NCBI GenBank assembly: GCA_965235115.1
Contig: OZ249436.1
Span: 32,800,001 to 32,864,000 of the forward strand
Length of the DNA stretch: 64,000 nt
Reading direction: 5' to 3'
Source of the DNA: Laetmonice hystrix
Lineage: Eukaryota
This document shows, piece by piece, positions 47,401 to 57,650 of the stretch. Every line of letters starts with the position of its first letter. Position 1 is the stretch's first letter. The notes under the pieces are model-generated. The model searched no databases and was not told where the DNA came from. It was given only the letters and a program-made list of their open reading frames with translations. The translations under genes and the position numbers were made by a program.

Positions 47401-50314
47401 CTCCAGAGAAACAAACACGTTCCGAAGTGCTGGAGGCTCATAGGTGAGGGCCCGGAAGACGCGGTTGAGCATGCGCTCTCTCTCATCTCGATCTGCGGGA
47501 TGGGTCCCACGCCCAACGTTTGGAGTATTCATCATACACGCACCTTGGTTTACAATCTGAAAACATAGTAATTGTGACTGACGTTACCAATGTACCAGTG
47601 TAACCTTAAAGGTAATATGTCACGAATTTCAAATAATACGTCGTGTTTCAGCAAAAATATATCTGCATTGCGGTTCTCCGATATGCCCCAAGGATCCCCT
47701 ACCTGTTTATGTAGCTTTGGTCGGTATTTTGTAAAAAAGAAATCTATTTATAGATCACAGAGTATGGCAGCGGAATCGGCATGAAAGCCAACGGGGACAT
47801 ATTTTTTCCCATTTCACTTTTAAAGCCATAGATCTAGGGAGTGTCAATTATTTCATATACATTTCACAAATTGGCAAAAATACTGCTTGTATATAGTCTG
47901 GTAATTATGTTCCATAGCACTGCCTACTTGCCTGATTGGATTTCGTGAATATTTTTTTTAATATTTAAAAACCAGCAAATTTGGAATGACGCGGGTCTTT
48001 TCCTAGGCCTGCAGCCCACCTACGCGATAGACTTTTGGCCGGGCGACTTTACACCCTTTTCACAGAACGTGAGACTATAGCCGCAATCACGTGATCATCA
48101 CACCCGTTGCAACGCTATGTCTGCAGGTCAGACATTCCCGATGGCGGAAAGCAGCGTTGTTTTTGAGTGTTCCCGACAAGAAATTATATGTGGAATGTGA
48201 AGGTGACAGTGCATTTCGCTGAGCACTGTCTGTTTACAGTATGCCTACATAGCCTACGTATATTAAACCTAGGAAGTATCCTCGGGACAGAATGTGGCTC
48301 ATGTCGGGGAATGGGCGTGACGTCATAAAAATGAGCGATAAAAGATGCTAAACCTGGGCATCATTAAACAGCGAACTGAACGAACTGAGATCGTCTAGTT
48401 ATGCCTCGGGGGATTCCCCATAGGGACTGGCTATTGACACCAACACGGAAACAGCCGACCTAAATTAGTTTGACTAATTCCTACACGAAACATTGTGTTT
48501 GGGTTAGGGTAAAGGTTAGGTCTAGGGTTAGTGTTAGTTTAATCCCAAAATTGTTGTTAAAATAGGCAATAACTTCCGGTCGTGACGTCATACCTGAAGT
48601 CACTGGCTTGTAGCACGACTAATCGATCTCAGTTCGCTCAGTTCGTTCAGCTCGCTGTTTATGCCCGCTAAACCTAGCCCTAACCGTTACCGAACACACA
48701 TTATCACTCATTTAGTGACGTCACTGCCACTCCTCGACTTGTGCCGACATGATTCCTTTAACATACTTTCGCTTATCGCTCGAGCATGAAATTTTAACAT
48801 GGTGGGCTGGGTTTCAAAGCTAACTAGATGCTCAAGGATCACAATTAGGATGTGCCAAGGACAGAGCTCTGTATCGCATCAATTGGCGTCCGTAGGAAAT
48901 ATTTCATGGGGGCAAAATTTACCAAATTAGTTTTGAACTTAACTGAAAACACAATTTTCGGCCGTAGTCCGGAGCAACTCCTCCGCCCCCCCCCCCCCCC
49001 CACCGCGGACGCCCATGCTACACAGGCTCTCTGCCATAGACGCGTCTGTGGTACAATATTATAATGCGCCTATTAGGCCTATAGGTCACTTACCTGTGAC
49101 TGTTGACAGCAGATGTGATACCCTCCTGGGCCAACCGTTCCAACTCGCCGATCCTCAATGTTTCTACGCATTCTGAACAACTTCTCCTCTGTGCTTATCA
49201 GTCGTCGGCGAAGGTTTTCCATCATCTGCATATATGCAAACCTCAAATTTTATATAGGGTGTCGCCAAACCAAGCAACCTAAGAATCTGTATGGAATCTT
49301 CTTACGTGAAAAACAGTTTTTATTTTATCAAAATCAGTCAAGCGAATAAAATGTTATGCCATTCTTAGTACAGCAAAGGCACACCCTGGTTTATTAGCCA
49401 GATCTCATTAAATCTAGACCTAGCCACTGTAAAACGTTCGTTTTTAGCTTCCCATACCGGTTTACGTGCTTGGCCCAACTATCATACCTGATCATACTAT
49501 CGAAATAATGTATAACTTCACTGGCGGACCGGGGGGGGGGCTAAGGGGGCTCCAGCCCTCCTAAATTCTGAAAGATGTTATTTTTATCATCGAATTAAGA
49601 TAATATTTATCATAGATTTTTAGCCTTGGCTTAATATGTTTTAGCCCAATGGATTGCCCCTCCCCTAAAAGAGATCCGCCTAGAGGTCTATGGACTTACA
49701 GCTATGATATAGAGAGCGTATATCTATGTGCCGAATAAACGATGCAGTGTGTGTGATATTTTGATGCCTGTGCTAGATGGCACATTATTCCGTCCGTCCG
49801 TATATTGGCAGGAAAAGTGACATGATACACTACTTGGTTATAAATCTGGTTTACTTTGATATAATATCACATAGTAAACATACCTTGGTAAGAATGGCGG
49901 ACCCTTCTACTCGACTCAGAGTAACTTCCACCTCATTATGGACATATTTCTGGAGATAATTATCACAAATTTGGGAAGCAATAATATTATATATCTGTAT
50001 CATTCCAACATGAAACGGAGATATTTAAATGTATGCAATATAGACTACAATTAATGTTGTCCTCAATGTGGCCAATAAACGTTGAAAGTTTTGGACTCGA
50101 TAGTCGTGGTGTTTTATGTATATCAAGATCATATCGATTGTTTTATGCGTTTCTCAATGACAGTGACTCTTACACGGAATTTGTTCAATCCAATGGCGTT
50201 GTTCATGATGTTGGTGAGGGTTTTTGTAAAGTGTTCCGAGTCCATTATTGAATTTGAAGAGGATGTCATAAAAATGAAGAAGATGGTAACGATAGCGTGG
50301 TAGGAGCCCATCAT
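29130..50314 (-). CDS. CACHD1: VWFA and Cache domain-containing protein (CACHD1-like, alpha2delta family); 23 coding exons, ~1121-1127 aa, signal peptide and C-terminal TM
   Basis: Minus-strand exons join in frame: 50314-50174, 49949-49884, 49225-49094, 47556-47345, 46599-46434, 46336-46123, 45646-45515, 45246-45167, 44160-44022, 42999-42726, 37005-36912, 36658-36478, 36158-36022, 35727-35546, 35099-34989, 34677-34534, 34224-34134, 34006-33911, 33614-33495, 33149-33052, 32661-32533, 31917-31778, 29416(or 29434)-29130. Motifs: WYRE..PKDVVIVLDTS (VWA), LIDGIGKVLLHP and VVDSTGFLVFHP (Cache), LYHRLDL, YPG..YDHT..WY, Cys-rich CNCPC and CRWC, TM helix, terminal AEEC*. Motif order matches CACHD1 as recalled. 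Confidence 0.88.
30560..31190. repeat. Dispersed repeat, copy 1 (homologous to 44593-45105)
   Basis: Shared blocks GATTCCCCAACATGTG.TTGTAATGTAAACAG and TTTCTCAGCTAAAAGGCAGGTATTAC. Confidence 0.8.
31533..31684. mobile_element. Short MITE
   Basis: CAGGGCCCGGTTTCAGAAAG ... TTTCTGAAACCGGGCCCTG. Confidence 0.75.
31778..31917 (-). CDS. CACHD1-like exon 22 (Cys-rich)
   Basis: LCHQRGCRWCRGRTD...C...C. Confidence 0.85.
32533..32661 (-). CDS. CACHD1-like exon 21
   Basis: LVPFCVQP...SSCSTGCRYARDM. Confidence 0.8.
33052..33149 (-). CDS. CACHD1-like exon 20 (Cys-rich)
   Basis: FGPCSDLCNCPCAE...C. Confidence 0.85.
33495..33614 (-). CDS. CACHD1-like exon 19
   Basis: ITRDD...IEATNIYVLTV...CFCQE. Confidence 0.85.
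33911..34006 (-). CDS. CACHD1-like exon 18
   Basis: EPLIASELIN...C...IQKCWQ|gtgaga. Confidence 0.9.
34134..34224 (-). CDS. CACHD1-like exon 17 (Cache)
   Basis: CMVVDSTGFLVFHPDY...HIVQK. Confidence 0.9.
34534..34677 (-). CDS. CACHD1-like exon 16
   Basis: ...TLGVLAFDVTISHFRDLL...EC. Confidence 0.85.
34989..35099 (-). CDS. CACHD1-like exon 15
   Basis: YQEALRHSGKLVIVSP...VITISQTV. Confidence 0.9.
35197..35445. mobile_element. Tc1/mariner-type MITE
   Basis: TA|CAGTCACTGTC ... GACAGTGACTG|TA. Confidence 0.7.
35546..35727 (-). CDS. CACHD1-like exon 14
   Basis: ...VYIGFTHGVYIRYPGRRLPDSYDHTTKLW. Confidence 0.9.
36022..36158 (-). CDS. CACHD1-like exon 13
   Basis: TIKLTAAAYESP...HGLK|gttagt. Confidence 0.85.
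36478..36658 (-). CDS. CACHD1-like exon 12
   Basis: IPGTNLSICVV...VLYHRLDL...CLY. Confidence 0.9.
36912..37005 (-). CDS. CACHD1-like exon 11
   Basis: GRGQKTF...VQVTYTWSP|gtaggt. Confidence 0.8.
37646..38023. mobile_element. CAGTGGCGG-type MITE with 5-bp TSD and an internal ~31-bp tandem repeat
   Basis: TIR CAGTGGCGGAT / ATCCGCCCCTG; TSD GCTTC; (CCCAGTTGCAAAATCCTGGATGTAG)n at 37770-38012. Confidence 0.8.
38894..42563. mobile_element. 3.67-kb foldback element with ~1.24-kb inverted arms, TAG..CTA termini and 3-bp TSD (Academ-like, non-autonomous)
   Basis: Arms 38894-40136 and 41334-42563 are near-perfect reverse complements; ATT duplicated at both ends, and removing the element restores the host TIR sequence TTTTACATTTGACGGAAGG. 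Confidence 0.88.
40731..41310 (+). pseudogene. Decayed non-LTR retrotransposon ORF2 fragment (RT C-terminus to RNase H; I/Nimb-like) in the foldback spacer
   Basis: Colinear broken peptides TVENGFKFS, FKVLSSTDW, SKLDYGSIVYGSA, QGLRLPLGAFR, NPTYNCVFHP, IPPWDLKKP, FYADGSKDG. Confidence 0.85.
42726..42999 (-). CDS. CACHD1-like exon 10 (Cache)
   Basis: ...LAGVICTVV...YTMLIDGIGKVLLHPLVP. Confidence 0.9.
43154..43793. mobile_element. TA-flanked MITE with ~22-bp subterminal repeats
   Basis: TA|CGGAGCCCCTAAGGGGACATGTGGGAATT ... AATTCCCACATGTCCCTTTAGGGGCTCCG|TA. Confidence 0.88.
44022..44160 (-). CDS. CACHD1-like exon 9
   Basis: TGRSLLID...VTYGTPQIDDLGS|gtacgt. Confidence 0.8.
44593..45105. repeat. 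Dispersed repeat, copy 2
   Basis: Same blocks and same orientation as 30560-31190. Confidence 0.8.
45167..45246 (-). CDS. CACHD1-like exon 8
   Basis: YDLEKTVKLLHDIA...ELT|gtatgt. Confidence 0.8.
45515..45646 (-). CDS. CACHD1-like exon 7 (VWA)
   Basis: DTIVVLLVGTESE...VALLTALVGKP. Confidence 0.85.
46123..46336 (-). CDS. CACHD1-like exon 6 (VWA)
   Basis: VAVVP...CYTKTLTVATRANV...ALRKAFDIL. Confidence 0.9.
46434..46599 (-). CDS. CACHD1-like exon 5 (VWA start)
   Basis: QWYRETQGIPKDVVIVLDTSKGM...DYDR|gtaagt. Confidence 0.9.
46681..47066. mobile_element. TTAA-target MITE (Kolobok-like), copy 2
   Basis: TTAA|AGGCAGGGTAAACACCTACGGCAAATAAGG ... TAGGTGTTTACCCTGCCT|TTAA. Confidence 0.9.
47345..47556 (-). 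CDS. CACHD1-like exon 4
   Basis: IVNQGAC...VFVSLEEDMVVYPA...|gtgagt. Confidence 0.85.
48356..48666. mobile_element. Mutator-like MITE, 9-bp TSD, nested in another TIR element (~48290-48756)
   Basis: TSD GCTAAACCT on both sides; TIR GGGCAT..AAACAGCGA.CTGAACGAACTGA. Confidence 0.85.
49094..49225 (-). CDS. CACHD1-like exon 3
   Basis: MMENLRRRL...YHICCQQSQ|gtaagt. Confidence 0.8.
49884..49949 (-). CDS. CACHD1-like exon 2
   Basis: ctccag|KYVHNEVEVTLSRVEGSAILTK|gtatgt. Confidence 0.75.
50174..50314 (-). CDS. CACHD1-like coding exon 1 (signal peptide)
   Basis: MMGSYHAIVTIFFIFMTSSSNS...IGLNKFR|gtaaga; acceptor puts the exon edge at 50347. Confidence 0.8.
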
Positions 50315-50465
50315 CGGAATGTAGTGATGAATCTCCAGGGGTAAAAGCTGAAGAAAGAAGGAAAGCAAATAATTCACCTAGTAATATCTTTTAGTTATCT
50401 CATAGAACAAGAATTCCCATACCACATGTGAATAACTGTTAACAAGAAATAAAGCCCGGCTTTAA

Positions 50466-50805
50466 AGGTGCTATTCGTCTCGCACAGAATGGCATTTCTC
50501 CTATCATACATTGTGCACATAGTACTAGAAAAAATTCCTACCGATACCATTGGCCTGATAAACCTTCTATTAGTTTGTGTGCAGCATTTGAAACCTATCT
50601 CGGTGCGCACCGACATAGAGCCATTTCCTATGGTGGGGCGTGTCAGGGTCTCCACAGGCCTTCTGAGAGAGCCCCATTTGTGCCGTTATCCATGAAAAAT
50701 TTTGATTTCCTTTGTTGTGAATCTATTTCCATGATAGGTGGGATCACATAAACGTCAACAAATAAAAAATAAAAAAATAGAACTTTTTTTTCACGAATAG
50801 CACCT
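50466..50805. mobile_element. TTAA-target MITE (Kolobok-like)
   Basis: TTAA|AGGTGCTATTCGT ... ACGAATAGCACCT|TTAA. Confidence 0.85.
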
Positions 50806-51203
50806 TTAAAAAGCGAGACAGCACTTAAACAAACCTCCTGAGATGAGATGCTTATGAGCTGGTTCCCGACTCACTCGCTAGGTGGCTCTGTGGTCGACGC
50901 GAGTGAGCCGGGAACCAGATTAAGATGCTTACAAACACCCATTGAGACAAAATTACTGGGAACACCCATTTTTTAAGCATCTGCGAGTCGTGATTTTGTA
51001 GGGAATACCGGGGCTAGTCCGTCTATCGGGTATGTCTGTCATTGTTCTTTGCTTTACTTGATGCTCGATTAAGGTACCGTAGGCCTACTATTACCGTCAA
51101 GAGTTAGACTATCTCCCGACTTTGGAGCAAGTCCGCCAAAGTTGTATGGCCGGATGCAAGAAGTGTTTAATAATGGGACCCCAATAGTCTTTCCTAGAGC
51201 CTA

Positions 51204-52220
51204 TAGTCCATGGGCCAAGGGTTGAAACCCTCCCCCCCCCGGGGGATTTTTGCAGACTACCATTTTTAGATACCCTGTGATATGCCATTCCAGAATCTAG
51301 AATGTAGCCCCACCCACACCCCACTAACCCCTACCCCCAGTCATGTAGTCCCACCCACACCCCACTAACCCCCACCCCCAGTCATGCAGCCCCACCCACA
51401 CCTCACTAACCCACACCCCCAGTCATGTAGTCCCACCCACACCCCGCCCCCAGTCATGTAGTCCGTAATTTGAGCTTGTTTCCTGCTGAAATGTCCCTGA
51501 TACTACAGGAAGGAAGGACTTCGGACCGACTATTTGTGCCATTTGTGGCCTTGACCTTGACATTTGACCTTGACTTTAATGTCGAATCACAAGACGTATG
51601 CCACAATTGGATTGCCTGCCTCTATATTGTAAGGAAACACTCCATTAAATGTGATTTTAGGCCAACTGTCCTGGAAACCCCAGTTTTTTTGCCATTTTTG
51701 GCCTTGACCTTGATATTTGACCTTGATCTTGACCTTGAATCACAAAACAAATGTCACAAATGGATTCCCCGTGTTTATATTGTATGGAAAAGTGCTATTA
51801 CATATGATTCTAGGCCAAATGGTTTTCAAGTTACCTGAGCTTATGACGATTTGTTATTAATTATGCTAATTTATGCAAATTAGCTTATAAAAAAAATTCC
51901 TTAACAGCCAACTTCGACCAACAAAGCTGAAAATCTTCACAGAGCCTATGTGGACACAAATCAATCATAATCTCTTGCGGGTCTAAAAATTTCCGGGTTA
52001 CCTGGGTTGGCTACCCGACTATTCCCCTACCCTGTAATTGGCCGTGTGAAATGTGCATGTCCACTTCGACTTTGATCTGCTCTAGTGCCTTCACCCACCA
52101 ACAGTTTTCGTGCAGACAAGCAGATTCTGGAATGGCATATCACAGGGTATCTAAAAATGGTAGTCTGCAAAAATCCCCCCGGGGGGGGGGGGAGGGTTTC
52201 AACCCTTGGCCCATGGACTA
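51204..52220. mobile_element. Academ-like MITE (TAG..CTA, ~95-bp TIR, 3-bp TSD CTA) with an internal ~40-bp C-rich repeat at 51303-51464
   Basis: CTA|TAGTCCATGGGCCAAGGGTTGAAACC ... GGTTTCAACCCTTGGCCCATGGACTA|CTA. Confidence 0.85.
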
Positions 52221-52262
52221 CTAGTTGAGGCCTAGCACGATATCATGATCTGCCAATGTTAA

Positions 52263-52840
52263 AGGGAAATGTGAGTGTTCAAAGCGCCACCTAGTGAGTC
52301 GCGTTGGTACCACTGGGGAAATGTGAGTATTCAAAGCGCCGCGTAGTGAGCTTTGACAGAAAAATGTTTGGCTTATTTATGCAGTCAACTAGTTTGATGT
52401 GGAAATCAGTAGTATTTTTTAAACCATGAACTATGTGCCAGAATCTGTCTACTTCATTGAATGCTATAGTTAAGACCCGTGTTTTACCAAGGCACTGACT
52501 GTTTGGCAGGCTGTAACTTTTTTTTTTGATTCGGCGACCCCCAATTTTTTTTGTTTCAAACTATTAGTCCTGATCCACTTTACCTTGTCACCGAGTTTCA
52601 GGAATAAATTGGTGGTCATTTTTTAACTATTAGTGTGAATGTCTGAAAAATCCTGTTTTCCCCATTGAAACCTATAGTAAAAGCCCATTTTTTACGGAGG
52701 CATGTATAAAAAAAATCTAATTTGGTGACATATGATTTTTTTGGCTTCTTTGTACTCCTAAGGACAAAGGCTATCCCTCATAAAATTATTTTGAAAATTC
52801 TATTGGTCAATCAAATTCCGTCGAACACTCACATTTCCCT
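52263..52840. mobile_element. TTAA-target MITE (Kolobok-like)
   Basis: TTAA|AGGGAAATGTGAGTGTTC ... GAACACTCACATTTCCCT|TTAA. Confidence 0.85.
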
Positions 52841-53393
52841 TTAAATCAACTATGTCAACTTTTCAGAAAGTTAGTCCTATGTGGCAAGTGTACAAGGCCT
52901 TGTCGACTCGAGCTGTCAGTTAGCAGCTAGGCTAAGTTTCACAACATTTTAATATGGTTTGTAAAGAATATTATGGACTCTACATAACAGCACATATTAC
53001 AAAGTTGAAACATACTAGAGTAATCAGGATATTAGAACCACGCCTTAGGCTGACTGTCTGAAGGGGGGATCATTCGTGGAGGGAGTATTGGCCGCTTGGC
53101 CGCCATCCACCCGTGCTATCTGACGGACGCGGTGGAAATCCCACACCCCCAGCTCTAGCCGTTGACTCTCCCCTATACACTAGCGAAGCTGTTAAGGGTG
53201 TCCACGTCTACCCCAGCTCCAACCATGAACACCTTCCCCGGGTAAGATGTTGCTGAAGTCTGAAGACCTCGCGATCATAGGCCTAGGCCTCAATTAGTAG
53301 GCCTATATATGAGCAGAACTTCATACTTCATACTGACGGTGACCCCATGTACCAGGAGTTCCTAAGTTGTCGACTAATTTTATGTCTACTCAC

Positions 53394-53524
53394 CGTACGT
53401 GTCCTAGATCTCTGTATCCCGGTGTGTGGCAATGACAAGGACGGACACTACCGTAGTATATGGAGTATCCATGCCTATAGTAAGGTGTGATAATTATTGG
53501 TGAATGTTGCCTGGTCTATACCAC
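53394..53524 (-). other. Candidate non-coding 5' exon of the CACHD1-like gene
   Basis: Minus-strand ttttcag acceptor and ACG|gtgagt donor; stops in all three frames. Confidence 0.3.
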
Positions 53525-55213
53525 TGAAAAGAATTACCTATCCTGGTGATTCTACAATAATCAGTGACAGTAGGTCTATAAAGGTGCTGACTTCCTCACT
53601 GTATAGTGACGTTCTCAGCGCGGGGACGCTCACAGGACCGTGACGGTTAGAGTGAGGGTGGGGGATTTCCCGCCATAATGGGCTAATTCCAGCGTCACTG
53701 GCGCGACAAAGGATACAACCTTTTCAAACTTATTATTCAATAAAAGAAAAGTTTGACAAAACAATCAACAAATAAGTATATGGTGTTGGAGCATAGAACC
53801 TTTACTTCAAATTCATATAAAAATATTAAAACACAGGGCTTCAAGTGCCCTCTTGCAAAAATATAGGGATAAATATAGGGCGATTGTGACAAAAATATAG
53901 GGCCAATATAGGGCGCATGCATAAATTATAGGATTTTAGGGATTGTAAGCAATCACAACGTATGAAATAACAATAATTCTATTGTTTAACACCATTTTCC
54001 TCACTCGGCCTCGGAGGGGGAGGGTCAAGGAAGGGGGCATCCCCCTCCCTTGGTAGGAAGATTTGAAAATGTTGACATTAATTAAGTGCATTTTGGTGGC
54101 ATAATTTTGAGAGGGATATTAACGGTATATCACCCTGGGTGCAAAACAGGCGCTCTTTACTTGCAAAATGCGAGTGGCGAGTGCACCGGGCGAGAACCCA
54201 AGTCGGTACACTGGTCTGTTCTAGCGAGTGCCAAAAAATGGGCAAAAAACTTTAGGTATCTTAAAAATACCTGGCCTGAATGAAATCTGCTAGGTATCTC
54301 ATCTAAACGACAAGAGGGGAATGGAGGAAGTTCTCTCTATAAGTGACATGAGAATAATTAGGCCTACCTCTATCTGTAAAACCTTTGGGATATTATTCAA
54401 ATAATTATTCAAATCAGGGGATTTGGCACTATCTAGGTTGGTGTAATTAATAAATCTTAATTTATGTAAATATGCGTAAATCAGCGACTCAAAGCCAGAT
54501 ATTGTAAATATACGGACCAGCAGTGCTGACCAGTACGGACCAGTACCTCCTGAGGTATACACTGGTCCATAAAAGCCAGTAGGGGCCTATTTTTTCTACT
54601 ACCCTCCGTTTTGACCCCTGATCACCTAACATGGATTTGGACAAGTTTCACCCTAACCCGCCTATCTATGCTCGTCGCCTATTCCTTTCATTCCCACTAC
54701 CTCACTGTACTGTTTGCTTGGGTATTGGGCCAGCCAGTAAGATGTAGGGACTCCTGACTGTACTATGTGGCTTCCCATACTGCTTGGCCTCACAGTGCTG
54801 TTTGGCCTCAACTGTTTGGCCTCACTGCACTGTTTGCTTGGGTTCTACGGCAACGGGTACCAAGCCTTTATTTTCCAAGAGGCAGGCCATACATTTCGTC
54901 GATCATTTCCTCTCATCTAATCTGTGTCTCCTACAGACCGTCTGTAAGCGTCCTACACCCTTGTCAGGTAGTCCCAATGGCAATTTGCCGTAAAGGTTTA
55001 AATTAACAATGCCAAATGAAATGGTTGTACGCCTTTTCTACATCACATATCTCATCCTCATGTAAAAAAAGATTACAGAGATGTTGCAGGCAAACGCCAC
55101 CCTGCTGTCGTCAGGCGGCGCTTCCGACTGCACTGCCACCTTCCGGCTACCGATGGAATCACCACGTATACCTGGCCGGGCTGGCGGGCACCTGTGGCGC
55201 TCAGCGAAGAGAT

Positions 55214-55826
55214 CACTCGGCGCTACCTCGACAGATGGCAGATCATGTCTCGGCCGTAAAGGTCAGGTCGCCATTTTTGAAAGTAGTCACACAACTAAAC
55301 AAACACAGGTGCTTTCCACAGCTCCCATCTTGGCCTTTGTCGCTATAAAAAAAATTCTAGTGGGTGTTCACGGAAGGGACGGTGGTCAGAGTTATGTGAA
55401 ATAACGTTCTCCTTAATATGTATCTCGCCTAGACTGCCTCACCAGTTTCCGAGCGCTTCGCGCATTGTAGCAGTAGCAGCGGCGCTGTCGGTAGCTGCGC
55501 CGGGGAGTCAGCGAGTGTTGCCGTTGGTGGCCGACGATGGGACGAATGAAGGCATAAGCCATTGAGCATGTTTCTCTCTGTTTTGGTTTAACTGCCGCGA
55601 CTTTCCTTTGGTTATCGGACAGTTTTCAAGTGCATAATGCAAACACTCGTCAACCGCTGCCATTACGCTGTAGGGATTACTTGGTCAGCGCCCATTGTGC
55701 CCCCCTGCCTGCTTACTCATATTCATTCGCGCCGCATCACAAAGTCACACAAATCTGTCCATTACACCCGAGGTGAAAATCCGAACCCACTGGAAGGTGG
55801 CGGACTTTCCCGAGGGTTCCCGAATG
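55214..55826. mobile_element. Insertion with 9-bp TSD (Mutator-like) inside a macrosatellite unit
   Basis: TSD CGAAGAGAT at 55205-55213 and 55827-55835; imperfect TIR CACTCGG..CCGAATG; the empty site is visible in sister units. Confidence 0.8.
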
Positions 55827-57317
55827 CGAAGAGATAGGATTGTGCAATGAAAAGCGAAAAATTGCTTCACTTTTAATTTGATACGTCAAATTTAAATTAT
55901 GCCCCCCAAATTATCCTTTTTGGCCAGATGTATAACTGTAAAAGATATCCGTCTCGTACGTTCGCTCCAGATATATGGTTGTCAAATGTTTACTTTCCAT
56001 TTGAGTATCTTCTCCAAATTTTAACCGAAGATGCTCATCGCCTATACCTTTCATTTCCACTACCTTGCTGTACTGTTTGCATGGGTATTGGGCCAGCCAG
56101 TAAGATGTAGGGACTCCTAACTGTACTATGTGGCTTCCCATATTGCTTGGCCTCACAGTGCTCTTTGGCCTCACTGTACTGTTTGGCCTCACTGTACTGT
56201 TTGGCCTCACTGTACTGTTTGCTTGGGTACGAGGGTAACGGGTACCATGTAAGGACTCCTCCCTGTACTGTTTGGCCTCCCTGTACTGTTTGGCCTCCCT
56301 GTACTGTTTGGCCTCCCTGTACTGTTTGGCCTCCCTGTACAGTCTGCTTGCATACAACGGTGGCCAGCAGGGTAAGGACGCGTCAAGTTTCATGTTTCCA
56401 AGCCTTTATTGTCCAGGAGGCAGGCCACCTTCCGGCTACCGATGGAATCACCACGTATACCTGGCCGGGCTGGCGGGGACCTGTGGCGCTCAGCGAAGAG
56501 ATAGGATTGTGCAATGAAAAGCGAAAAATTGCTTCACTTTTAATTTGATACGTCAAATTTAAATTATGCCCCCCAAATTATCCTTTTTGGCCAGATGTAT
56601 AACTGTAAAAGATATCCGTCTCGTACGTTCGCTCCAGATATATGGTTGTCAAATGTTTACTTTCCATTTGAGTATCTTCTCCAAATTTTAACCGAAGATG
56701 CTCCTCGCCTATACCTTTCATTTCCACTACCTTGCTGTACTGTTTCCTTGGGTATTGGGCCAGCCAGTAAGATGTAGGGACTCCTAACTGTACTATGTGG
56801 CTTCCCATATTGCTTGGCCTCACAGTGCTCTTTGGCCTCATTGTACTGTTTGGCCTCACTGTACTGTTTGGCCTCCCTGTACTGTTTGGCCTCCCTGTAC
56901 TGTTTGGCCTCCCTGTATTGTTTGGCCTCCCTGTACAGTCTGCTTGCATACAACGGTAGTTAGTAGTGTAAGGACGCGTCACGTTTCATGTCTCCAAGCC
57001 TTTATTGTCCAGGAGGCAGGCCATATGTTTCGTGCATCATTTACTCCCATCTAATCTGTGTCTCCTATAGACCGTCTGTAAGAGTCCTACAACCTTGTCG
57101 GGTAGTCCCAATGGCAATTTGCCGTAAAGGTTTAAATTAACAATGCCAAATGAAATGGTTGTACGCCTTTTCTACATCACATATTTCATCCCCAGGTAAA
57201 GAAAAGATGACGGAGATGTTGCAGGCAAACGCCACCCTGCTGTCGTCAGGCGGCGCTTCCGACTGCACTGCCACCTTCCGGCTACCGATGGAATCACCAC
57301 CTATACCTGGCCGGGCT

Positions 57318-57650
57318 GCGTAATTTTTTTTCCCACATTAGTTCCGGACCCCATTCTAGCTTCAGCCAATCAGTGAACGCCAGACTCTATCGCTCGCGAT
57401 ATGGGACCGAACAGTGTCAGTGAATGTTTCTTATTGACACATCCACTGCTCATCAATTAGTGCCTATTTAACAATAATTTTGGGCTATGAAAACTAACAC
57501 TAACCCTAGGCCTAACCTTTACCCTAACCCAAACACACTGTCTCGCATCTCGCATGTCGTCGCCGGTATTCCATAGCCATATGTGTGCCTGTTTCTGATT
57601 GGCTGTATGAAAATGGGGGGTCCAGAACTAATGTGGGAAAAAAATTTCGC
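57318..57650. mobile_element. Mutator-like MITE, 9-bp TSD
   Basis: TSD GGCCGGGCT at 57309-57317 and 57651-57659; TIR GCG(T/A)AATTTTTTTCCCACATTAGTTC. Confidence 0.9.
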
